DNA of 64,000 nt from Fistulifera solaris (lineage: Eukaryota): the NCBI GenBank assembly GCA_030295235.1, contig AP026151.1, positions 620,001 to 684,000 on the forward strand, read 5' to 3'. The notes beneath the pieces are model-generated. The model was given only the letters and a program-made list of their open reading frames with translations, had not been told where the DNA came from and did not search any database. Positions 50,104 to 61,636 of this stretch are shown here, piece by piece. Position numbers and translations under genes: made by a program. Numbering within the stretch: position 1 is the stretch's first letter; every line of letters starts with the position of its first letter.

Positions 50104-50216
50104 TAATCGTTTTTCTCGTCTGCGTATTTTGTCTTGTTCCCTGTGTTGTGCCCACCGTATTGGTGATTTGAAACTATTCAACCGCTCTTTGTCGTTTTGC
50201 GGAATCGCGCGAAGAG

Positions 50217-50759
50217 ATGCAGTCGTGGATTTACGAAAACGAGAACGCCGCGTGGGCTCAGAGCACTGTGCAGGCGCTGCTTTCTGTGAATGTCACTACG
50301 TCTCGTGGCTCTTCAGGATGTTCTTCTCGTCGTAATCATCGTGCATCTCGCCGTGTACGATTCGCGCCTGGTTTCTACACTGTCAAGGAGATTCCCCATC
50401 ATAATTTGTTGACGGCCGATGAAAAGCGTTCGTTGTATCGCGACAAGCGTACGTTGCAGGCAGAGAAGGATGATATCTGCTTCGAGATCAAGTTTGAGCG
50501 TCGTCTGCGTCTTTGTGGCGCCGCTGATGCGTTGGAAGAAGGGTGTTTCTTCCGCGATCACCTTGGAGAGCTGGTCCATCCAGCACACTGGCTCGTGTAT
50601 GTGAATGAAATTCTTACAAGTCTTTCCCTCGATACTCCCGTCGTTGGCTTTCTCTCACTGAACGAATACAAACAAAGTGATGAATTTTCCAAGTATGAAC
50701 AATACTTCGACAACTCCATGCGAGAGAAAGTCTTCCATCCTCGATCTCTGGATTCGTAA
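50217..50759 (+). pseudogene. 5'-truncated tandem duplicate of the MRLSTKRD gene (open from internal Met, 180 aa)
   Basis: Similarity to 49535-50190 begins abruptly at ~50190; lacks the promoter and first ~80 codons. Confidence 0.65.
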
Positions 50760-51306
50760 TCGTTTTTCTCGTCTGTGTATTTCGTCTCGTTTTCCCTGTA
50801 TTGTGTTTCCCGGAGTAGCGATTTGAAATGATTCAACCGCTCTTTGTTATATGCCAAGTGTTAAGTAGTGATAATTGTAGATGATGCTTTGAAAAAATCA
50901 GTTCTATAGCTATTAAGTGCCTCTCCTTAGTTTTCTTCGTAACGTCGTCGCTGTTATTGTGTATCGTATCGTATCGTATTGTATCGTCGTGTTTTGTCGA
51001 AGCGCAAGGTGACTTTTAACACAATAAGCGTCGTGCTTTCACATTCATCCGTATTTATTGGAGATCTCTTGACAGCAAATCTAGTTCTTCAATGCTTTTT
51101 AATCTTTTTACTCTCGCCTAGACTCGTCCTCTCTCCGACTTCTTCATGATGTGTAAACGTTAGTCTACCCGGTCTACGTGAGCGCTACTTACACGAATTT
51201 GTACCAGGGCAGTCGTAGAAACCTTGTCGGTCTGTCAGCCAGCGGTCAGTCCGCAGCAAGCCTTTTTTTCGCACTCTCGCGCACAAAAACAGCCCAGTTT
51301 TACCAA

Positions 51307-51570
51307 TGTTGGAAAGGCAGCGCGAAACGAAGTTTTGGACAAGTATTCACGGTGTGACATCGGACGACGTGTCTGGCAGTGAGACGGATGGATGGACGGT
51401 AGTTGGAAAGAAAACGCAAACCACGAAAGGCTATTCGCGTCAGTCGAGACGAACGAAAGAGCGTGATGAGAAAGAGGACACGATGCGCCGCTCTTCTCAC
51501 TTTTGTTTTAATGGTTAGCCAATCGTAATAGTATTGCAACTCGTTGTGAATAATTCGCGTAGTTTCAACA
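51307..51570 (+). repeat. 5' LTR (264 bp)
   Basis: Direct repeat of 56396-56656. Confidence 0.97.
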
Positions 51571-51584
51571 CATTAAAACAAAAG
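51571..51584 (+). promoter_or_regulatory. Non-tRNA (self-complementary) primer-binding site
   Basis: CATTAAAACAAAAG directly after the LTR is the exact reverse complement of LTR 51500-51513 (CTTTTGTTTTAATG); no TGG tRNA-type PBS present. Confidence 0.8.
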
Positions 51585-51596
51585 AGGAACCGAGTC

Positions 51597-54500
51597 ATGT
51601 CCTCAGAAAAGCCCGACAGGACGGGAAGTGGGGGACACAAGCTGGACCCTGGAGGGGGAAAGCCAAACAACATGAAGAAGGGCAACCGCGGCGCTCCAGC
51701 GGTTGGGTCCAAGTTTACTGGGGCATGTGATGCACTGAAGGGAAACATCTTTGACTGTGGCACTCTCAATCAAGCCGATCTCTTCGTGAAGTCACAGAAA
51801 GCCCTGTCGATTTACATCGGAAGTGACAATAAGTTCAAAAACTCGAGCTATGTGGTGGCAGCTGTTGAGACGCTGGAGATCCCAACAATTCCTGCACCGG
51901 ATCCACTCCCTGCGGAATCGCCAGCATCGGAAGTGCGAATTTGGAACAAAATGGTGGATGCTATTGCGGAGCAAAGAATGGAGTTGATTGAAAATATTAA
52001 AAAGCTCTACTCGCTCGTTGAAGGACAATGCACCCCGATGCTAATTAACCGCTTTTCAGCAGATTCCTCTTTTCCGAGCATAAAAGCATCTCGCGAATGG
52101 AGTCGAGCTCTTGAAGCTCATCAAGAAGATTGCCTTTAGTGACAAGACGGAAAAGAGAGTCGCTTCTGCGCTCGACAATGCGCACCATCGATTCTGGACC
52201 TACTACCAAAAGAAAGGAGACTCTGTTGCGGCGTACATTGAAGGCTTTCAGAATCGTCTGGATGTGTTAAAGCACCTCGGAGGTACCATTGGTGATGACA
52301 TTGGATTGATAAATGAAGTTTGCCGTCGGAATAATGAATTAGTGGGGTCTCTGTCGAGCGAAGCATTTTGCAAGCGCGCCATGGAGGCATCGGAAGAAGC
52401 AATGGCAACAAGATTCATCAAAGGTGCAGACAGAGCTCGATACAAGCGGTTACAAGACAAGCTGGATGGTGACGTTCTTCAAGGCATGGACAATTATCCA
52501 AGAACCTTGCATGCAGCATACGAGCTACTGACGGCATGGACTCCGGACCGTGAGGATACGTCACGTTATGGACCAGCAAATGACGGTGCTGTATTCGTGC
52601 AGGATGGAGAGAACACTGAAAACGGCGTGGCGTTGGTCAATAGCGAAGGAAAAGGAAAGAAAAAAACCTGTTTCGCTGCAATAAGCCAGGACACACAGCA
52701 CCAAACTGTCGCGAGATACTTCCTGATGACAAGCCAGCCACCGATAAAGATAAAAATGACGAAGGAGCACAGCTTTTTAATGCAGGAGGAACTTTTGATG
52801 ACTACTCTCCCAGTGATGACGGCGACTATGGCTTTCAAATGCTGAATAATCGATACAATGGCATCCCGAGAAACTGGATTCTTCTGGACAATCAGTCCAC
52901 AGTGGACGTGTTTTGTAATCCAGGCCTGGTAACTAACATACGAAAGGTGGACAGGACTCTCACGGATCAATACAAATGCAGGAGTGGCAACGACCAACAT
53001 GATGGCGGACTTGCGAGGTTACGGAACGGTGTGGTTCTACCGTCAAGGAATTCGCGAATATACTATCATTGGCTTTAGTAAAGAAGAAGTTCCGTGTAAC
53101 TTTTGACAGTGCCGATGGAAATGCATTCATCCTTCACAAGGAAGACGGCAAGACGCGCAGATTCCAGGAGTCGGACGGTGGCCTCTACTATCTGGAAGTC
53201 CCTATGCATGGAACGGTGATGGTTAATACTGTAGCCGATAATGCGTCTAGGTACACCAATGAAGAGTATTCTCGTGCCTTACTAGCCCGCAGCATCCAAC
53301 GGTACAGGTAATCACACCACGGCACAAATGAAGCGCCTAGTGAATGCAAATTTGATCCCGAATTGCCCAATTACTGCACAGGACCTCCAAAATGCTGAAG
53401 ATATATTCGGAACGGATGTACAAGCCTTGAAAGGAAAAACAGTTCGTCGCGCTCCAATTGCAGTTCGGTTCAACGTTGTGAATGTTCCAGTTGAAATCAT
53501 GGATCGGCATCGTGAGATAACGCTGGCTGGTGATGTCATGTTTGTGAATCGAATCCCGTTTCTAATCACGATTTCACGCCACGTCAAGTTTGGGACGGTA
53601 GAAATGATTCGAAACCGAACAGCTAAAACACTTCTGAATGGACTAGAACAAGTCTATGGGCATTATTTGAAACGTGGATTCAAGATTACACACCTACTGA
53701 TGGACAATGAGTTCGAGCCGCTGCGTGGGGATCTCGCCGGCAATGAAGATTGAGCTTAATATCGGCTGCTGCAGATGAGCATGTGCCTGAAATAGAACGA
53801 TATGCGCACAGTCAAAGAACGAACACGATCGACATACAACGGTCTTCCTTTCAAACACATGCCACCACGTCTGGTAATCGAAATGGTCTATTTTAATGTT
53901 TTCTGGTTGAACTGTTTCCCTCGAGACGGAATTTCTGATACACTGAGTCCTCGCGTTGATCTCTGGGCAGCAGATTGATTATACCAAGCATTGCCAACTT
54001 GAATTTGGGGAATACGTGCAGACACATGAGAAACATGACAATTCGATGGCCCCTAGAACAGTTGGAGCACTTGCCTTGCTCAACTGGAAACGACAAGGAT
54101 CCTATTTTTTCTTTAGCCTTGCTACTGGGAAACGCCTCCACCGGAATCGATGGACCGCAGTTGCCATGCCTGAAGAAGTTATTGAAAGGGTTCATCTTCT
54201 TGCGAAAATAACCAAAATTGATGAGGGTCTTGAATTTGCTGATCGGTACAATCACACTGACCACGATGATCCTGAAGCAAGTGACGATGCTTCCGCTGTG
54301 CCCCATCCTGACAATGACGACGTCGTTAGCATTCCGAGTATCCTAACGCCGCAGGAGTGATGGCCGAGGTTGAGGTCGAGGGCCCACAGGAAGCAGAAAA
54401 CGAAAACGAAAATGAATTTGAAGAATATCAAATTGAAAACAACAATGAAGACGGAAATCTCGGTAACATGGACGAGGATGATCCCGCCAATGATGACCAA

Positions 54501-56553
54501 GTGGAGATCCCAGGAGTGGAAATTGCAGGAGTGGAAGCCGCAGGAGAGCCCGCAGCAAATGAAGAGAATGCTGACGAGGAAAGCGTACAGCCACATGGTG
54601 CAAATGACGAGGACCCAGGTCATAATGCCGTTGAGGACGAAATGGATGCGCTGATATGGCCCGGCGTCTTCACAGTTATAACCTTCGCCAACGCAAGCGA
54701 TTACGGACACCTGTTCCATCAATCAGCCGAAGTCGTTAACTCTGTCATGTTCACGCAATATCCCGTGGAGAAAGGCCTTAAGATATTTGGTGATCCCGGG
54801 AGTGAATGCCGTGGAGGCGGAACTCCGACAGCTAGATATCTGACGTGGCGTTATTGAGCCGGGAAGACGCTGGATCGCTGACACGTGAGGAGAAGCTTCA
54901 AGCGCCGATACCTGATGTATCTAAAGAAGAAAACGATGCGGCAGAATCAAAGGACGAGGATGTGCTGATGGAAGGAAACAGCGAACTTACATAAACAAAG
55001 AAGATGCTAGCTCACCAACTGTTTCCATCGAGGCAGTGTTCCTCTCATTCTTGATTGATGCGAAGAGAAAACGTGATGTTGGCATTATTGATGTACCAGG
55101 AGCTTTCATGCACGCGTTTATGGATGAACTGGTTCGAATGCGAATCTCGGGAGAAATGGTCCGAATTCTTGTAAAGATCAATCCGTCCAGATATGAGAAA
55201 TACGTTCACGACAGAAAGGGGGAGAACCTGTATTGTACGTGAGACTGAAGAAGGCGTTATATGGGACACTTCAGCGGCATACCTATTCTGGCAGTTACTT
55301 ACCAAAACATTGGAGAAATGGGGCTTTGTGATCAATCCATACGACCGATGTGTGGCCAACAAAATGATCAACGGCCACCAGTGCACAGTTCTTTGGCATG
55401 TTGATGATATAAAGATCTCGTGTCGCCGGAGGTAGTAACTGATGTGATTGCGAAGCTCAATGCGGAATTTGGGAAGGAAGAACCCCTTAGTGTCTCGCTG
55501 AGGAAAAGTTCACGAATATCTTGGCATGACAGTGAATTACGAAAACGAGGGGAAAGTGACAATCGGCATGACTGAATATGTCCAGAACATTATTGAAGAA
55601 CTGCCACCGGAAATGATCGGACACGCTGCTACGCCCTGCTGCGGCACATTTGTTTGAGGTGAACTCAGAGGACCCAGTATTGCTGAATGAAGAGGATAGA
55701 GAGCAATTCGTGCACCTGGTAGCAAAGTTGTTGTATTTGTGCAAGAGAGCGACCCGACTTACAAACTGCAATAGCGTTCCTCTGCACAAGAGTGAAGGCA
55801 CCCGACAAGGACGACTGGAAAAAGCTCACCCGTGTGCTCAAATATCTGCAATCGACAAGCGAAATGTCTTTGACTCTGGAAGCGGACAATTTAGAGGAGC
55901 TCCAATGGTGGGTTGATGCGTCATTTGCGGTTCATCTCGACAAAAGAAGTCACACTGGTGGTATCTTGATGCTTGGGCGAGGAGCTGTGTACAGCACGTC
56001 GACAAAACAGAAAATCAACACCACGAGTTCCACTGAAGCGGAGCTTGTCGGAGTCGGCGAGGTCATCGGTCAAATGTTGTGGACGAAAAGATTCATGGAT
56101 TGCCAGGGATATAACACCAAAGCATCGATTGTGTATCAGGATAATGACAGCGCCATTCTATTGGAAAAGAATGGGAAAGCCTCGAGCAGTAAAAGAACTC
56201 GGCACATTGACATTCGCTACTTCCACATCACGGATCGAGTTGCGGCGGGCGAAGTCGTGGTCAAATATTGCCCTACAGAAGAGATGTTGGCAGACTTCTT
56301 TACCAAACCTCTGCAGGGAAGTCATTTCATCCGTTTCCGCGATTTGCTGCTCAATCTCGATCGTCGCGTTGGAGAACTTCACGATCGCGGGAGTGTGTTG
56401 GAAAGGCAGCGCGAAACGAAGTTTTGGACAAGTATTCACGGTGTGACATCGGACGACGTGTCTGGCAGTGAGACGGATGGATGGACGGTAGTTGGAAAGA
56501 AACGCAAACCACGAAAGGCTATTGCGTCAGTCGAGACGAACGAAAGAGCGTGA
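51597..56553 (+). CDS. Copia gag-pol polyprotein (many 1-nt frameshifts in this assembly)
   Basis: Zn knuckle CF(R)CNKPGHTAPNC (~52670, frameshifted); protease ILLDNQSTVDVF; integrase GDVMFVN, MDNEF, HVPEIER; RT IDVPGAF, WHVDD; RNase H WVDASF, STEAELV, YQDN, ADFFTKPL. Confidence 0.92.
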
Positions 56554-56656
56554 TGAGAAAGAGGACACGATGCGCCGCTCTTCTCACTTTTGTTTTAATG
56601 GTTAGCCAATCGTAATAGTATTGCAACTCGTTGTGAATAATTGCGTAGTTTCAACA
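56396..56656 (+). repeat. 3' LTR (261 bp), preceded by PPT-like GCGGGAGTG
   Basis: Direct repeat of the 5' LTR, followed by TSD ACCAA. Confidence 0.97.
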
Positions 56657-56692
56657 ACCAAGTCCTCATTGTTTCATCTATTTTGAATCAAA

Positions 56693-57457
56693 ATGCAAGT
56701 TTTTAGCAAACATCAACATCTTTCATGCTCCCAGAGTCTGTCTGAGACGATTGTCGACACGCTACAGCGGCTGACAAGCCCTCTGTGGTCGTTGCAAGCC
56801 GAAAACGTTGGCGATGCTCCCTTTCTGCCGAATTGCGACGCGGATGTCGCTGAATCGTTGCTTCCACGTGAGTTCGATGTCGATAATGATGATCAAGTCT
56901 CTTCTTTCCTTTTATCGCTTACGGAGTCGAGTGAAGAATCGCTGTTGGCGGCGAAAACGACTCAGAAGGGAGTTTTAGAGACGAGCGCTCCTCAGGTGAC
57001 GCTAAACTCTTCGCTCAAGATTGCTTCATCCAGTCGTCCTGTGCTTCGTCGTGTACAATTTGCTTCGGATCTTGAGACAGTGAAAGAGATTCCCCATCAT
57101 CTTTCGTTCACAGCTGAGGAAAAGCGTTCGTTATATCGTGACCTTGAGACCTTGCAAGCTGAGAGCAATGTCATGTGTCAGGAGAGTGAATTTGAGCGCA
57201 ATCTGTATGGCGATGAATGCCTCGAGAATGTGTTGGAAGAAGACGCATATTTTCGTAATCGTCGTGGAGAATTGGTGCATCCAGCCCACTGGAGTGCTTT
57301 CACGGATGAGATCGTTGACAGTCTTGACGTCGACCCGACATCCGTACCCCCTGGTTTCGCGTCGGCAGAAGCCTACAAGAAGTATTTGTTCGAATACGAG
57401 CACTTCTATGATCATGACCTTCCGAAACATCGTTCGTTTCTATCATCCAACCATTGA
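56693..57457 (+). CDS. RVxF-motif family protein 'MQVFSKH', right-arm copy
   Basis: Intact 254-aa ORF; RRVQFA, EEKRSLY, GELVHPAHW; starts 36 bp after the Copia 3' LTR. Confidence 0.8.
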   Translation: MQVFSKHQHLSCSQSLSETIVDTLQRLTSPLWSLQAENVGDAPFLPNCDADVAESLLPREFDVDNDDQVSSFLLSLTESSEESLLAAKTTQKGVLETSAPQVTLNSSLKIASSSRPVLRRVQFASDLETVKEIPHHLSFTAEEKRSLYRDLETLQAESNVMCQESEFERNLYGDECLENVLEEDAYFRNRRGELVHPAHWSAFTDEIVDSLDVDPTSVPPGFASAEAYKKYLFEYEHFYDHDLPKHRSFLSSNH

Positions 57458-57939
57458 TTGATAAAGTAAACGTCGTCCTTGTTGTTGTGTATCGTTTCGT
57501 ATCGTATGGTGTCGTATCGTATTGTATCCATGTTTGTTGCATCGTTTTCTGTCGTTGTAGCATAATAAGACCGCATTTTGCTTCGTCGTTATTTTAATTC
57601 GATATTAGTAATTGATTTTTTTATGAAAAATAAGAAGTAAATAGCTTATTTGGGTGAGTCAATAGACGATTCTGTTGTAGTCGTGAATGAATTTTTGTCC
57701 GTCGTGTATGAATACAGACGGCGTAACACGAACGCTGATGATGCTGTGTGCGAGCTAAAAATGAAACAACGATGCATCGCAACAATGACAAAAATAAAAG
57801 CAACATATTATCCTTCGAACAAGAATGCCTATAGCTTTAAAAATTGATTTGACAATCGATCAAACCGACAAGCTGCAACACAAGGCTACGCATAGACTTC
57901 TAGGAAAGAGAAGAAGGAGCGAGCGTTACAGAGACGAAG

Positions 57940-59569
57940 ATGAATAACAAGCGAAGTGTACAGCAACAAACGCTGACTTCGTTTTTCCAGCCTCCTCCGA
58001 AAAGACCAGCCAGTGTTTCTCCGCTTATTGAGCTAGCAACCGAATCCCAGCAACAACAAGAAGAGCCATCGTTTCAGTCTGCGGCGTCGCTTTCGGTGAA
58101 TAGCAATAACAACACCAATGACACCAACAAAGAAAATGAACCCATCGAAGAATCAAAGCCGCCAAGTACTCGCAAAATACGTCATCGCCGTACAATGGCG
58201 ACTTCCAGAAATACCATCCATCACTTGCATCAACAATCTACGTACGGAAGAAGAATGAGCGATTCTCGAAACATTCCTTGGACGGCGCCCTCGTGGTTGC
58301 CCTTGCCGGCCGGAAAGGTGACCGATCTGGCCTTTGATGCGACGGGTGTCTTGTTGGCGGTCGCTACAGCAGTGCCGCAGGGTCGGTCAGCGATTCGTGT
58401 GTTCGATTGGGATATGTTGGAAGCGGCGGATGTGCAGTATCGTCGTCGATGCGAGGGCGAGACCGCCGCCTTGTCTCCCGTCATTGATTTGGTTCTTTCT
58501 CATTCATCGATTGCCTTTTTGCAATGGAATCCCTTTCAACCCGATGTCTTGGCCGTCGGAGTACGGTACGTCATGATTGCGTCTTGATACGATTAGCCGG
58601 TGTCACTCTCATCTTCTATTTAGAAATACAGGAACGGTTCGGTTGTACGATATGGGCATTGTGGCGGAATGGGACGATCGTAAGGGTCCGATTCCTTTTG
58701 TCGAATTAAAAACCAGCGTAGTTGCACCGACGGAGTTCTCGGTTGAATTTGCGAAAGAAACGCAAGTGATTGTGGCCGCGAATCAGTTTCTTTCGTGTTA
58801 TGATATACAATCCAACCGTGCCACACGGAAATGGACATGTGATCTACGTCGCCGTGTGACGAGTGTCGTGGCGTTGAACGACCAGGGCCTTCTGGCTGCG
58901 GGAACTATCAATGGTATCATTGGTGTACTGGATTGCAACCGACTCTCGAAACAGCCCTTTTCCAGCGAATCGACTCCCACTGTGTTCAAAGAATTCAATA
59001 CGTTGCGTGAGATAGAATCCTCACCGGGTCCACAGAATATGGGGATTCGGGGATTGTCAGTGGATCGGCTCGGACCTCCAAGGTGGTTTCAATTGCGATG
59101 GGTGACTTCGTGTGGATGGCATTTATCGGCACAACTCGACGGGAATCGTCTCAAGATGGCGCCCATCTGCATCCATTACACGACCGCGCGAATGCAATGT
59201 CAAAATGCGCAAGGTGTCTTGTTACCCGAATTGCCAAATGCTTGGAGTTTGCCCGCTTATAGCAAAGTATGTGCGGGGCAACTTCCACAGGCCTTGTTTT
59301 GGGAAAATGTACCCGCGGTTACCCAGATCTTGCCGGGTCACGACTCGCGTGCGGAAGGTGACGATGTGTGTCGCTACGTACGGTCAGACACCAAACGTTT
59401 CTTGTTATGGAGAAATCACTACGATCCTAAAGTGCGACGAATCCCCCTATCCAAATCGAAAGGAAATCCCGTTTGTTTTGCGATTCATCCACAATTGGAA
59501 TGGATTGTGGTGGCGACAGAACAAGATCATCTTTATTTGATCAACTCTCGGGCTAGAATGACAGCATAA
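57940..59569 (+). CDS. WD40/beta-propeller-like protein with disordered N-terminus; intron ~58566-58623
   Basis: VTDLAFDATGVLLAVA, IRVFDWD, LQWNPFQPDVLAVG, VRLYDM, FAIHPQLEWIVVAT; the GT-AG intron joins the two ORFs in frame. Confidence 0.7.
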
Positions 59570-59680
59570 AGTTTAGTCAGCTTTTACAAGTGTTGCGTGT
59601 TTGGCTAATGATTAGACTGAAATGAATTATTTTTTTGAAATGGAAACATGTGGTATTGAGGAATGCTTGTGTGTCAATGC

Positions 59681-60888
59681 TCAGGAACAAACCGATGTGG
59701 GCGGTGAGCTGCGATTCAATTCGAGCAACAAGTCAGCATCGTTCATCATATCCGACAAGCGCTGTCGGTTCTCGGTCACAACTTCTTCGTGATCCGATGA
59801 CGCTGTGCTGTTGCGACAATCTTGAGGAATTGAAACTGTACGAGGTGGTCGTATACGCTTTAAGGTCGAGTTCCATCGATTCTTGATGGCATTGTCCGTT
59901 CGACCGGGCAAGCGCTTCGCAATTTCGGCCCAGCGATTGCCGAGCTCTTCGTGAGCCATGATCAAAATCTGATCTTCTCGTTCGGTCCACTCGCTCTTGT
60001 TAATGTTGGGATCCAAGTGATTGTACCAGCGTTCTCGACATTGTTTGCCCAAGCGTCCTTTCAATTGTCGTGCAATTTGACTCCATTTCTTGGTTCCGTG
60101 CAAGTGCACCATGCGAGCCACCGTCTCGTCTTCTTCGGTCGTCCAGGGTCCCTTGACGAGACCGGGTCGCAGTACTTTTGCCAACGGTGCAAGCATTGAA
60201 CGTCTGATCTTCCAGGCAAGCAACTAGCAATCTTCTTCCAGTTCTTACCACCGTGTTCTCGTACGGCTCGACGCAACAGATCGTCTTCTTCTTCCGTCCA
60301 TTTTCCCATGGACGCCCGGCGCTTGTGAAGCATAGTATCGTGGCGAGGAGCATCGTCGTTACTGACCATGCGAGCCTCCAGCGCCGCCGGCGCGGGCGAA
60401 GGAGTCACGCCGGGCGAAACCACTTTCGTCCGCGGATCATTTCGATGGCTGTAGGGCTCGGAAGGATACGAGTAGGGAGGAATGGCGTGTGGGTAGGGAT
60501 ATCCACTCCAGTACGAAGGCGGGTGATGATACGGAGGATGCGGATGATATCCGTAAATAGGATACGGAGGAGCTCGCATGTAATGATCCATAGTATGGGG
60601 CGGTGGAACTGCGGATCGTTCCGGTGGCTGTGGATCTACCACCGCAGGCTGCGAGGATGGCGTCTTCGTTAGCTCTTGAGAAGACTCACGCAAAGGCTCC
60701 GCTCTCAAATTGGGAGTCGTCACGTTCGAGTCGACCGTCGTGGCATCGGAATCAGCCAGAGCAGCCGAAGCTAAAGCCCCTAAACGGCAAGCCACCATTT
60801 TCTTGGAATCACCCGAGGGCGATTCGGCTTCCAGCGACGATGGTTCAGCGGCAATCAAAGAAGGCATCGGCTGGCGTATCATGTGCAT
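59681..60888 (-). CDS. R1R2R3-MYB (MYB3R-type) transcription factor (frameshift ~60180)
   Basis: Three Myb repeats: [11 protein letters not shown]...[17 protein letters not shown]...[21 protein letters not shown]...[14 protein letters not shown]. Confidence 0.92.
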
Positions 60889-61636
60889 GCGAGATTGTGA
60901 AATGCAAATTGAACTGAAGTATTCGTTAGATATGTGTAAAAGATTGATCTTTTGTTGTACCGGTCACTTTTTGTGGCCCGTTTACCGGACAAATAAGCTG
61001 GAAGAGGCTGGACGAATTTGTGAAGGCAAGAAGAAAAAAGGAAGCAAACGAGTCTTTTTCCCACCGTGGCGTGCGTTACTGTATTCTAATTACTGTACTG
61101 GACTTGGGAGCGCGCCAATGAAATGTGGACTTTTGGTCCGTGAAAAATCATTTCGTTCTAAGTAATAAACCCGGCTCGCGCGCGTAAGTGTACACTAACG
61201 ACTGGGTCAGTCACAGGGGAATAGGTTTCGTTTGAAGTTTGAAGGACTTTTTTCGAACGGTTGGAACCTTTCTTTGGGGAGCAACTGATTTTTTTTTTCA
61301 AAAAGTGGAGGCACTGATAAAGAAGCTCGGAGTGACAGCTTGTTGCAAAGGCCTCTCAATACTTTTGCTCCTTCCTACAAACAAAACGGATGACTTGAAA
61401 AAAGCCGTTGACGTTTTTGCGTCCGTTCGGTCGATCAGCCAAAAATGAAAAAAGGTACGGGAACGTTAGTCAAAAGTTATCCTTGTTCTATCAACAATCT
61501 ATTTAATTCTTCGTCGTGTTCTAATTTATATATTGTATTACGTCTCTCTATTGTATTCTTTTCTTTCTTGTCTTCCTCTTCTTCTATCCTGCATTCTCAT
61601 AGCATTCTCTATAAATATAATATCGCATCCTCCTCT

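Larger units (their letters stand above)
51307..56656 (+). mobile_element. Full-length Ty1/Copia LTR retrotransposon, CoDi-like (5350 bp, TSD ACCAA)
   Basis: LTRs 51307-51570 and 56396-56656 (TGTTG...CAACA) differ only by three 1-nt indels; ACCAA on both sides; empty site at ~29833-29837. Domain order gag-PR-IN-RT-RH. Confidence 0.97.
47361..57457. repeat. Right arm of the inverted duplication, expanded by a MITE, a tandem partial duplication and a Copia element
   Basis: Reverse complement of 29039-32662 once the three insertions are removed. Confidence 0.88.
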
